From positions 1 to 39,730 of the forward strand of contig LWCA01000213.1 of assembly GCA_001642005.1 (NCBI GenBank): DNA of 39,730 nt, in the 5' to 3' direction. The DNA comes from Intoshia linei. Its lineage: Eukaryota > Animalia > Orthonectida. Under the pieces are notes generated by a model, which did no database searches, was not told where the DNA came from, and saw only the letters and a program-made list of their open reading frames with translations. The position numbers were made by a program, and so were the translations under genes. Of this stretch, positions 1 through 12,170 are shown one piece after another (position 1 is the stretch's first letter; every line of letters begins with the position of its first letter).

Positions 1-288
1 TAAAATATGACGTAAATGTCCCTCAAAATCATTAAAATATTTCGTCTAAATGGCTATTGAATAAATGTAGATTTAAATAAATTACGCTCTCATCTGATGT
101 GGTCGTACACATGATTGTTAAAAAATATTTTATATTTGTAAATATGTGAAATCTTATCGGTAATATAGCGTTTCTAATCAATTGTATCAATAAAAAAGAC
201 ATAACTTTGTGAATCACCTAATATATCACTATTTTCACGGTTACTTTCAATGTGTATCTATTTAAATTACAAAGTTATTATTTAAATA

Positions 289-1180
289 TATCATCGGTCA
301 AAAGTCTTGAACCCCCTAACAATTTTTGTAAAAATAAGCATAAATACAATTGAACAATTGTTTTTTTTAAATGTACATATTCTGATTTTGTAATATTATT
401 CATTATAAATTGTATTTTATTTTAAACATTAGACATGACTAGCATATCATTAATAATTAAAAAGAAAATAATTGAGCTTCACAAAGGAGGGATTTCCAAA
501 CACAAAATAGCTAGAGATCTGAAATTTCAAGGCATTCTGTTATCGAAATAATTAAAAAATATAATAGTATACAATCTGTTAAAGATAAGACAAGGTCGGG
601 CCGTCTTCCTATACTATCTATAAGAGATGAACGCCTTTTATGCGACGAGTCTCGAAAGTCGAAAGTCCTAGTAAAACTGCATCTAATGTGAAAAGAGACT
701 AATTTGGATCATTTGTGACCATATCCCCAGAAACAATGAGAAGATATCTTCGCAAAAACATTATTATCGAAGCGTAATATTATAAAAATATTTTTGTGGT
801 GTCGATTGCATTTGGCATGGAGTGATTTGGATTGGTTCAAGGTTATATTTACCGATGAAAGCAAAATCCAACTAATATCCACCACAAAATCGTGCGTAAG
901 AAGGCCTATAGATAAAAAATTTGATTCCAAATACACTTCAAATACATTAAAATATTTGCCTTCCATAAGGGTATGGGGTGGTATTCGACATGATGGAGAA
1001 CGAATTCTTGTAAGGTGCAATTTTAATGTAGATTCCAACAAATACATAAGAATTCTGTCTACCATAACGTCAATTTTTTTCTTGAGAAGATTTCTTTTTA
1101 AGCAGGATAGTGCACCTTGCCATATAAGCCTTTAAAGAGTATGGAATATTTACGTTCAAGAAGGATTGAGACGAACAGAA
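289..1180 (+). mobile_element. Decayed Tc1-family DNA transposon (frameshifted, 3'-truncated transposase)
   Basis: Tc1-like terminal sequence tcatcggtcaaaagtcttgaaccccc near 291-316. ATG at 435 gives MTSISLIIKKKIIELHKGGISKHKIARDL (HTH), followed by frameshifts. ORF 794-1135 has WFKVIFTDESK, VWGGI and FKQDSAPCH (first two catalytic Asp). The element stops before the SPDLNPIE motif. Confidence 0.85.
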
Positions 1181-1231
1181 TATACAAAGTATATCTACTA
1201 AAAATTACGTAGAGTCTGTAAAAACAAAAAA

Positions 1232-2608
1232 TCAACTGTTTAATAAGTAATGCATAATAGATGGCATGTCTAAATAATATAGTCAAAAATTCATAAAATT
1301 AATTTTAATATTCAATATATTAGAAGAAAATAATATTACTAATACTTTGTAGAATCGCATTTATTCAAAATAATCTTAAACATCCTATTCTTCATTGAAT
1401 CGTACAAACTCGAGATGACAGAACGTGGCAGCGACTGCCAGGCTCTTTTAATTGCATCTTTCAGGTCCTGAATACTATTATATGTCCTATTGCCTTCGTA
1501 TATACTATGTGTCAGTATTCCCAAACATTCTCGATCGGGTTCAGGTCGGGAGACCTTGATGGCCAGTTCAAGAGTTTTAATCTTTTATGTCTAAAATACT
1601 CTTTGGTTAACCTTGACGTGTGTACAGAGGCATTGTCTTGTTGAAAAATTTTGAATTTTCTTCTATGAGGTAATAGATATGTAGTCAGAGTATTCTGATA
1701 CCCAAAGAATTCACATTACCGCTTAAGAAACAAATATTGGTAATACCTGATGAAAAGAATGCTCCCCATATCATGACATCTCCTGCACTAGCTTGTCTGG
1801 ACCTCTTAGAAAGTAATTCTTTTCTCACGTCATGCCAATAATGCGTACAACCATCTGGCCCATCTAATGTCCATCTTTTCTTATCCAAGAAGCAAACTTG
1901 TTTCCAATTCATCCTCATGATCTCTCTGGCGAAGTCTAAGCGGGATTTTTTGTTGTCAGGTGTCAGGGGCGGTTTGCATTTCATTTTTGAACTTTCGATG
2001 AATGGACTAGACGAAATGATATTGTAAACTGAGCTTGGAGAAATGCAAAGATTCAAATCGGATGTTAATTTACGAACCCTGGACGTATTATTAGATGCCC
2101 TCCTGACGACCAATCTCTTTGTAGTCTCCGTTATTGATAAAGGTCTACCGGTTTTTTTCTTCTTTGGCTTATTTTGAAGAACTTGACATATAGTAGATTG
2201 GCTTCGCCCCATTTCATTAGCTATATAATCTTGATTTTTTCCTTGCAATTTCAACCGTAAGATTTTTTGAACATCTTCTTGAGTTAAATTTTTTCTATTG
2301 GTCATTTTTTAAAATTCTGTTTAAAATTTGGGAGACAGAGATTATCGTGAAAATTATCATTAAAATAAATAGCAAAAAATAAAAAACATATTTATACATT
2401 ATGCATTACTTTTTAAACAATGAACTTTAACAATATTTTAGTAAAAGATGGAAATTTTTTAGAATACACTGTTCTATATAAATGAACATTCGAATATAGC
2501 AGAAAAATAGACCCCTCCTTCTGTCCAAAATATAATTCTACAGAAAATTTGAATATTTGAAATTATAGATAAAAAAATATAAATATGCATTACATAATAA
2601 ACAGAGTG
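1232..2608 (-). mobile_element. Tc3-like (DD34E) Tc1/mariner transposon, transposase pseudogene 2305->1339
   Basis: ORF 1685-2305 has HTH, TGRP and CFLDKKRWTLDGPDG. After a frameshift the minus strand reads FQQDNASVH...WPSRSPDLNPIENVW, with 34 aa between D and E. A second frameshift near 1520 leads into ORF 1339-1524. The motif tgtttaataagtaatgcata (~1237-1256) is inverted at ~2584-2608 (tatgcattacataataaacagagtg, followed by TA) and at ~2400-2419. Confidence 0.92.
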
Positions 2609-2630
2609 TACATTAAATTGTAAGGTTTGG

Positions 2631-2839
2631 ATTAGTTCACTATTTCTTATACTAGGTTTTTCCGATAATTTTCAAATGCGATTACAGCGAAAGTGCTTCG
2701 AATTATTCCGATTTTTAATTTTACTCTACATGTATTCCCATCATACTTTTTAATTTTTAATGTAGGATCCGATCAGAAACATTTTTCGATAAGTGAATGC
2801 ATTAGTCGATCGCATCTAAAAAAGGTTGGGAACCCCTGA
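2631..2839. repeat. hAT-type non-autonomous element fragment (second copy near 35878-35965)
   Basis: attagttcactatttcttatactaggtttttccgataattttcaaat recurs near 35878. The fragment ends in aaaaggttgggaacccctg, a Charlie-type hAT terminus. Confidence 0.55.
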
Positions 2840-2942
2840 TTTACAATATAGTGGTTAATAATAATATGTGTTAGTTAAAATAAATATAATTGAAACTGTA
2901 ATTGTCTCATTTTATGTGAATTTATTTTTATTTTTAATTTAG

Positions 2943-5900
2943 ATTTAAAATCTGAATTTTTCTATGAAGCACTAAAGAGAGGAGAAAAGCTATTGTTCAA
3001 GAAATATAATCTAACTCAATGTACTACATTTTTATAAAGTTTACTAGGGTCCTTGACATTTTGAAAAACATTGCCATTGGTGAAAAATTAGTGACAATAG
3101 GTTAGGTTAGGTTATTAGAATTTTTTTATAAAATAATTATCGAAAAGCGTTACTTTATTTTACCGGGTCTAATGTGAGTACCACTGCGCCAATTGTCTTA
3201 ACATAATGGTATAAGGTGAATTTTATATTTTTGATAGACATGTACTACGAATCTGAAGGAATTGGCTTGGTAAATTTGACCATTCCAGAAATAACATATT
3301 ACGACGGTGTTTGGAGTAGTCCATATTTCGATTGTGGAGGTTAATTAAAACTTTTAATTTTGTCATTTGAATTGACTTATTTCATATAATAAATTCTTTT
3401 AATTAGGTGGAAATATTTGGATGATGACATATACAGTTCCATTTTTCAGTTACAATCGATTTTCTCAGAAATACCATTTCAAGTATTAATATAAATTACA
3501 TGTAGATTAAAAAAATTAGAGGTACGGCAGGAATTGATATTGATCTATACAAAATGGACATAAATCAATGTCCAAATCAATCAAATTCATCAAATTACAA
3601 TATATTTGCAAATACAGCAAAATGTAAATATGAAACCACATATGTATTTATTTAAATTTATTATTTTAAATTTTGAAAACTTATTGAAAAGTTTTATAAT
3701 TTCTACGCTTAAAAATTCACATCTAAATTTTTAGTTAGTTTTTCGGATTCAGCAAGTTAAATTGAATTAAAAATAATATAATTCTAGAAATTTGCATTAT
3801 TAGGGTCACAAACGCAGTTACCAATAACTTTGAAATTTTAAAAAACACAATGGTTCCAAAATTTAAAAAAATTCATAGCTGATACAGTTTTTTCCAATCA
3901 ATATAAGAAAAAATTTTATTCTCGGTGCTAAATTAATCAGCGCAGAAATTTTTTGATTTACAAATTAATTCAAGCAAATAAAAAATTTAAATAACAAGAT
4001 TCGTAGAATTTTAAGCTTATCCATCATTTATTAATGTTTATTTTAGTGTGAAAACTTGCTAGGATTTAAATTTAAACGAGGATCATATAGATGCGTATGT
4101 AAAAAAGGATATTATGTACAACATGTTAAAGATGATGTTGAGAATGAAAAAATTAATAAAAATTATTTTGATGGAAAACAGATGGAAGAATTATTTCAAT
4201 TATATCAAAATGTATAATTTTAATTTTAATTTGTAGAAATTGAATGGAATTTAAACTTTTTCAAATAATTCGTGTTTTTTTACAAAAAATGTGAGATAAA
4301 ACTTTTAGGTAATTTTTGAACCAAAACATGTTAAGGATTTTGGTTAATTAAAAATTTTAGTTAGTAAATGTTCTATTTGTAACTTTAAATTGACTGACAA
4401 TATCAATAAATTGGAAAAATGGCTACACAATTGTGATCACGCACAATTAAAATTTAAATGTTATTCGATATTGTAAAAAACGATTTTTCCATTAATTTTT
4501 TTATTGGTATCTTTCAGTCCGATAAAATCAGTAGTTTTGTGATAATTTTTTGTGGGCTTTTTTACGTCTGCTTTTATGTATTTATTCGTTCGTAACGCCT
4601 TATCAAAAAATTGTACAATGGAATAACCCTAATATATGTATATTAGGATGAATATGGGGAATATTACAATAGTTTCAATTGCTTACCATGTGAAATGAGC
4701 TGTGAAGAATGTTTATCAAAAAAATCTTGCACCGTTAAAATTAATTGGACATTGAGATTGTCTATAACCATTGTACACATAGTGGTCGGTATAATCATTA
4801 TTGTTTGCTGTACCCATTTTACGATAAAATTCAGGAAACATGATGTAATTTTATATTAAATGTTTAATAATGATCATTAATTTACTTTTTTAGATACTCA
4901 AAGCAGCTAGTCCTGAATTACTATATTTAATCCTTGCCGGTTCTGTACTTCTCTATCTACCTGTAAACTCAATTTATTTCAATTAAAAATTAAATTAGGG
5001 TATAATTAATTATTTTCCATTATACTACCATCAAGTTTGTAATTTAAAAGTCTGGATAAGGAAAATTGGATTTTCAGTAACATATGGATCCTTACTATTG
5101 AAATCATGGCGGTATTTATATTCTTATTTTATATATTATTAATATTACGTTTTTAGTATAGTCAAAATATTTTTCATCAGATCTGCTGTAGTTATCAAAA
5201 TCACCAATTACAAGTTATATAAAATGTTGTGTGTGATATTACTTGTCATGTCTTTATATCTCTGCATAAGAACTTTTTACGGTGGATCAACTATTATTTT
5301 AGTCAAGAAACTTAATAAACAACATACATTTCAATGTTCTCATACGTTTTGGCATTATATCGATAGTTTATGTAAGTATACCGCCATAATATTTAATAAT
5401 GTAGTAATACTATCATTTGTTAATGTATATTTTATTGGTTTATTTTTACTTTTCAAAATGTTCAAAATTAAAAATGAACTGTTCACTCAATGTTCAAAAT
5501 AAATGGAGCATATAAATAATTTTTTAGCAACTTCGTGATGTGTCATCTGTATTATCAATTAAACACTTCATTAAACAACATTTTAAATTTTTATTTTTTT
5601 GTCAACAACTGTATTCAACAGAAATTTAAAATTCTACATTTTGTTCACTATATTGCCCAGTTGTAGCATTTAGATATAGTGTATAATTATACAATAAATT
5701 AACATTTGATGTGATTAAAAATTGTATACATTATAGTAGAACTAATAATATTATTCTATGGGATTACACTGTGCATACAATTACGAAAAATACCATCAAA
5801 ATTTAACGAATCTCAATATATTAGCTGGATTATTTACAATCAAACACTATCATCTCTTTGCTTGGAAATGTTAACGTAATTGCATAAATAATGTTAATTA

Positions 5901-7691
5901 AATTAAGAAATTCAATATAGTGAAACATGTCAAATCCTTGTTAATTTATTTGTTTTGAAAATTGTAAATATCTTAGTAACATAATTTTAATCCTTACTTA
6001 TATAATATGCTACGCGATTTTTGTTTGTGTGTGTCTGTGTGTGTTACGTTTTATTGAAATAACTACCAGTTTTAGAATTTTTTAAAGACCACATTTCAAT
6101 TACAGTTTTTTCCGGGACGTATAATAAGATAAATTTCAATCCTCCAATTTTACATCTTACAGGTCAAACCCTGTTGTCTCTCTTTTTGAAGAGCAAACGA
6201 GTTGGAGAATTTAAAAAAATATATCAATTGTCCTTCTTTTTGAAATCAAACGAGTTGGAGAATTTAAAAAAAGTATAGTTTTTTTCGGGACATATAATAA
6301 GATAAATTTCAACCTCCCAATTTCACATCTTACGGGTCAAAAACCCCAGTTGTCTCTCTTTTTGAAAATCAAACTAGTTGGAGAATTTAAAAATATATAT
6401 ACGCTGATACGGATTTTAAAATCATAAACATTATCATAAATTGAAAAAAATTATATCTTCAAGGCCAAAACCCCAAATTACGCTTCTTTTTTTGATGATA
6501 ACAGCCCTAGAATTTCAAAAAATTTACTGGTTTTACAGTTGTATCCTGTTAACACACACAGAAAATTTCAATCCGAATAAGTGACGACTTCACGGTGAAA
6601 AAATCATTTTAGTATTTATATATTTTTTTTCCGAAATATTTTATTAAAACAAAAAATGTGAAATAATTAATGGTTCGAAAATTAAAAAAAAGATTATTCT
6701 GATAGAGCTTATTCCAGTTGATATAAATACAAAATTTCAACCCCAGAAATCTACGCATTCTCGGTGAAAATAATATTTAATATATTATCAACCAATATTT
6801 TTCAAATATTTCAATTAAAATAAAAATGTAAATATTGATCCTACAATTTCAAAAAAAATGTGCATTGAACGTCTACACATTTCCAATTATTTGAAAATCT
6901 ATATAATTCATTCCTTCGGAATTTTTTTCATTTCTACGCATTTTTAAATTTCATACGTATTTTAAAATCATGTGGTTATTTTTCAGAAAAATGGTCAATT
7001 TTGAGAGGGCCGAATATTAAATCTTTAATGATCCATAGCACGAATGCATGTGTTAAATAATATGAATAATTTTTAATAAAACTTAAATAAACCCAGTTTT
7101 TTTTGGAAATTGCCTATATTTTAAATCATAATATTTATTTATATTTACATACATGTATATTGTGTTAAATAGGTTATTTTTGGCATCTTTGGTCAATCCA
7201 GACTTAATGTTTGTGTTTCAATTTGCATATTATCATTTGACAATATCTGCTGCGCTGATTTGTTTATTTGGAAGCAAAGTAATTTATTATTTCAAATAAA
7301 ATAAAGCCACTTGAAAAATGAAATAAAATTATTAATTTCAAAAATTAAAATATTATAAAATGGTTAAAAAGATTTTCTTTAGCGTTTAGTAATTGTGAAT
7401 TGATTTTTTTATTCAGAAATATAGTTAATACTAATAAATAAATATATTTATAATAATAATCAGTGTCGCGTAATGACCTCCATAAATCTGTCCGGCAAGA
7501 TGGATTAATGTCGCAAGAAAAAAAAATGAAAATTTTCTGGATTCAAGTTTAACTATTAAATTACCTTTGATGCTAATTTTTACATTTCATGAGTAGTCGA
7601 ACATAACTAGTTATAATCATTATAATGTCAAATTTAGGTTTATATGATATCAAAAGAAACAAATAAAAATACAAATATATTCATGAAATAA
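2943..7691 (+). CDS. Class C orphan GPCR, GPR158/GPR179 family (Cache-like + EGF-like + 7TM), 5'-partial
   Basis: Phase-consistent exons 2943-3020, 3238-3339, 3407-3482, 3520-3643, 4047-4211, 4647-4844, 4894-4962, 4999-5111, 5157-5371, 5737-5875, 7173-7278, 7638-7691. Family motifs: GVWSSPYFDCGGGNIWMMTYTVPFF, GTAGIDIDL..DINQCP, FKRGSYRCVCKKGYY, ILKAASP, GFSVTYGSLLLKSWRI, PSKFNES, LFGSK. N-terminal exons are not in the window. Confidence 0.92.
5991..6960 (+). mobile_element. Non-autonomous Helitron-family copy in a GPCR intron (internal tandem duplication, 3' end not seen)
   Basis: Begins A|TCcttacttatataa and is highly similar to 37194-37800. It has a duplicated internal block (~6100-6270 versus ~6275-6400). 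Its 3' part matches the reverse copy at 11840-11990. Confidence 0.75.
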
Positions 7692-7770
7692 ATTATTTAA
7701 TATTATGGATGTTTATATTTTTGCATAAATCCATTTTAGCAATAAAATATACAATTTTTTAAATATCAGA

Positions 7771-8772
7771 CTATTCATCTTCGTCTTCGGAATCACTTAT
7801 ACAATTTCTACGACGATCAAACTAAATATGTGAAATTAAAAAAAATATTGACCATTAAATAATAAATAAATAAAAAATTGACTTGACGTGAAAATAACAT
7901 TGATTAACACACGATTCCTTTCCCTATGTGTAGTTTTTGTCTGGGTGTATTGAATCAATAAACCCGAGAGGTTGAATGAAATGATTTAATATTAAAATAT
8001 TACAGGCTGGTACGAAAAAACTACATTTATTCAAAAATAATGTAAATGGCAGACTATGAAAACCATTAAGTGTAGGGTCGCAAAAACATGGTATATACTA
8101 GAGTGTGAATTTTTGTAGTTTTTTGGAAATTTTATGGTACAGGAACGGATAAAATCACGTATGACAGTTTTATGGTTACACTGAAAAAATAGACTATACA
8201 TGGATCTAAGAAATTGTAAGAGTAAATTTGAATTTAAAACAAATTTTGCATTATAAAATTTATAAGGTTGAAAATTTCTAAAATTTCATAAATAGTTCTT
8301 AAATCCGTAAACTAAACACATTGTTGGACGCAGCTGGTCTAGTATCCTAAAAATGTACCGTAACAACTGTTTCTTGCTTAGATGTCACATTAGCAAATTG
8401 TTCCAGCATTTTTTTTAATTCCACCTCAGTTATCTAAAATAAATTTAATTTAATTTGAAAATGACTAAGGATATACACCATATAACCAATAAATTGAAGA
8501 TTATTGAATAATAAACTTTAATTAAATGTAACCTTTCTTTTGACTTGACCAGATTGATACAAAACCTTCGCTTTATATTCTATATGCGAAGCGCGCTCAG
8601 GATTTCCAATTCGAAGTATATTTACTAAAAATTGAATAAAATATGGCAGATTTGTTAACTTAAATAATTTTTAATAAATACATCTACGCATGGCGTCTAC
8701 AGTAAAAATTTGAGATAAAACAGCGGCACGTTCAGATTCCATTTTTTCTTGCATTTGTTGTTGTTTTTCCAT
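7771..8772 (-). CDS. PDCD5: Programmed cell death protein 5 homolog
   Basis: Exons 8784/8772-8682, 8624-8533, 8433-8359, 7821-7771 give MEKQQQMQEKMESERAAVLSQIFTVDAMRRLNILRIGNPERASHIEYKAKVLYQSGQVKRKITEVELKKMLEQFANVTSKQETVVTFDRRRNCISDSEDEDE*. This matches the PDCD5 pattern LSQ.L...AR.RL....KPE.A..E....GQ...K..E..L..L....VKF.RR..DSDEDD. The true start is uncertain. Confidence 0.88.
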
Positions 8773-11621
8773 ATTCTGAGCTGCCTACAATGTTAATAAG
8801 TTTTACGTAATAAAATATTGTGTTAATGATACCTTTTACCAACCCAAAGAAATCGATTTTAACCAAATCTTAATGAGAAATCTACATGACAAACACTCAA
8901 ATTACGGGTGTTTCAGAAATATTATTATAAGATTAAGAAAAACGTCCCACTCTTTGGTTTGATTGAAATTATTTAATTTTTATTCTAAAAATTGGTTAAA
9001 ATAAATCCTATGTACTACTAGGATCACATCGAATCCATTTTTCACATAATTATATAAAAAATTGTACAATAAAATTTTTATTTACACAAAATGCTTCAAA
9101 TACATAGAATAAAGACTGGTGTAACAAATAAATTGGTATTTATCATAATTTTACCGTATTAGGATTATAAGTCTGATTGTATGACATGATAATTATATTC
9201 TACAGATGTATGGTTTAGTAAATTTAGTTTTTATTATTAACAAATTTTTTTAAATTAAATTCTTCTTATTGTTTCTATGATACAATTTATTTGATTGATA
9301 TTTTGAAACAACGAATCATTCAATTTGAATTTATGTAGGTTATTGGCAAGTTATTGCTTATTTTCGAAACAATTGTTTTATTGTCATTTTAATTAAATTA
9401 TGCAAAGTTGCTCCATAATTCAATACAATTAAAAATATTCAATCATTAAGTCTATGTATTGGATACATTGTTTCGGATCTATCAACTAAATACTTTTTTC
9501 AAGAAAATGCTTCTTTTTCGATGATACACGTGTTTTTTAATTTAAATTTCATTATTATGTTAATTTGATAAGAAAAGATTTTTAAATGTAAAACACAAAC
9601 CTGAGTAATTTAAATAAAATTTTAACCCAATAATCGATTTACTCAAATTGTTTTCTTACATACATATTTGATCATAGTATTTATTTATGTATTTGATGCG
9701 TAGTAATTATATTTCAACACAAGTTATATATTTATAACTTTCGAACATTGATGAAACGTGGTGATTTTTAATGCTTTTTATTTTGGACATGAATTCATTG
9801 TATAATTTATCCATTTTGGTCTAAATCCCAACATTTTCATAAATTGACTGTCCAAAAAATACTCTATTTAAAATATGAAAACGATTCAACTTTTATTAAA
9901 TTTATAAGAAGTCTGTAAAAATGTTTTTTATATCGCTAAGAATTGCATTACATTGCTCAAATTGTTCCAATGAGCAACATGTATCTTGAATTTCATCTGA
10001 TGTATATTTTGAACTATTTGTCAAAGTGTTGTTTATTTTGTTAATTTTTTTCATTTGGTTTGCTGTTCTGTAAATATGTTCATTTATCTAAAGAACTTTT
10101 ATAAATTAGTAAATTATAACAAAAATAAAAAATAATTTTAGTATGGTGACTAGTTTATATCTTATTACTGACACAAATTATTTTATTATGATTACCATTA
10201 GATTATTAGAAAAATGGGCCCATACAAACAATATGAAACTTAGATTATCCAATTTATCGTGGATATCAAATCGGGTCCTATGCTATTAACTTTTATCCTG
10301 CCGCTAATAGTTTCCGTGGTTGCAGGTACTATTGCTTTAATTATGTTGATTTATGATATATGATAACTAAGATATATTCAAAAAATTATTGTGCTAGGAC
10401 TACCTCTGAAAATGGGGTTACACGCGTGATTTTATTTGGGTAATCTTTTTCCATCAGTTTTTAATTATTAAAATGATTTAAATGCGAATTAAATACAAAA
10501 TTGTAATACAACATTAAAATATAACAATAATCAAAATTACTAGGAAACATCCATTGTTCTATTTTAAGAACATTGATTTTTATTAACTTATTGTACCTAC
10601 TTATTGTATCTACCGTGGTTTAATAATTTTGCTATTAAAGTATAATAAATATGATGGAAAATAATATGTGACCGAGCCAGTGTTGTAGTTGAAAAACAAG
10701 CTTTAAATTTCAATTTGTAAATAGAACTGAAAATCTATAAATTTTCTTGACTCCCTGAAACACAAACCAATGTATATAAAGTGATAATTTTTTTAAAGGT
10801 CATAGACGATACGATGGGTGTTCGATTAATTTGATTAGATGCATTGTAAAGACATACTAATGTACTTTAAATTGTACCTAAAAAACATGTTCCATTTTGG
10901 AAACATTGGCAGAATAAAGGTTAAAACTAAGTACAAACTTTAAGGTTGGATTAAGATAAGATAAAATTCGAGTAAGGCCCTTACCGCAGGTATTCTCAAC
11001 TTTATCACGCAGTTGATCCTAGATTTTTTTGATTTTGCATAGACCGGTCAGAGCCAAACTTGGACGGTAAAATCAGAAATATGTCCCTAGCCAATTTATC
11101 TTTGAAAAAAGATGCATAATTCCATTTTTCCAAGGGCCAGCCATGACAGTTTAAATTTGGAAAACAAAACTGGTAATATTAAAAAATGAAATTAATATGT
11201 AAATGTAGAAATAATTTGTAACTTAAATGCTAAATTTTGTAAAATGAGGTTTTTTTGACAAAAATTTATTGGAGGTCCCGAACAAGGTATCAGCACCATA
11301 GGTTCGGTTCTTATGCTCAAGGATCATAAATGAGTTACCTTATTGTAATTAATGATTTAACTTTACCTTTTTATGTGCGGTGTATGAGTCATTGTTTAAT
11401 AGTTGAACAATTTTAGATAATTTTATCTCCAATGATGTAAATTCAGACATTTTGTTCAAAATCAAAAAAATTGGACAAGAAATTAAAAATTTTGTAAAAT
11501 AAATATGAAATCTTCATAGCAATTTGTAATTTGAGTTAACATCGAATATAATGTTAAACTACGTAATCTACGTTTCTTAAATGTAGATTTTTATATCAGA
11601 CTAGCAAACTCTGTTATTAGT

Positions 11622-12170
11622 TACCAATTTGTCCGTTTTGTAGTTAATTCTACTAGCGTGGACTTTTCCATATACAATTTTATATATAACCCATATAACG
11701 AGAAAAAATAAAACATTGAAATAACTCAAATTAATAATAAATAGTACAAAAATAAAAAGCAAAAATCAAATTGATATTGACATGAATTTATTGAAATTAA
11801 TTATCACGTCTGTATTATTATATTGAAAATGATAATTTGAGATTTAAAAATTGCGTAGCAATGCAAAAAATTTCGAAGGAATGAATTATATAGATTTTCA
11901 CTTATATTTCTTTATTGGAAATGGGTAGACGTACAATCCTCATTTTTTTTGAAATTGTAGGATCAATATTTACATTTTCAATTTTTATTTTCATTGAAAT
12001 ATTTGAAAAATATTGGTTGATAATATATTAAAAATTATTTTTCACCCGGGAATGTCTGGGGTTGAAATTTGTATTTATATCAACTGGAATAAGCTCTATC
12101 AGAATAATTTTTTTTTTTTAATTTTGCAAATTTAATTATTTCACATTTTTTGTTTTAATAAAATATATAA
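11622..12170 (-). mobile_element. Helitron-family copy (3' portion, reverse orientation)
   Basis: Reverse complement of 6640-6950 and 37610-37800 (caactggaataagctctatcagaataat; tattggttgataatatatt). Near 11622-11645 the minus strand reads ctacaaaacggacaaattggt, resembling the 3' end gtacaaaacagccaagctagt at ~37868-37888. Confidence 0.65.

Noticed and set aside
32-217. Minus-strand 61-aa ORF with a splice-like acceptor and a possible 32-nt intron
   Set aside because: No recognisable motif, other frames contain stops, and it lies at the window edge.
709-1065. 118-aa minus-strand ORF
   Set aside because: Antisense shadow of the Tc1 transposase.
3098-3116. (TTAGG)3-4 telomere-like repeat
   Set aside because: Too short and intronic; probably part of a small repeat.
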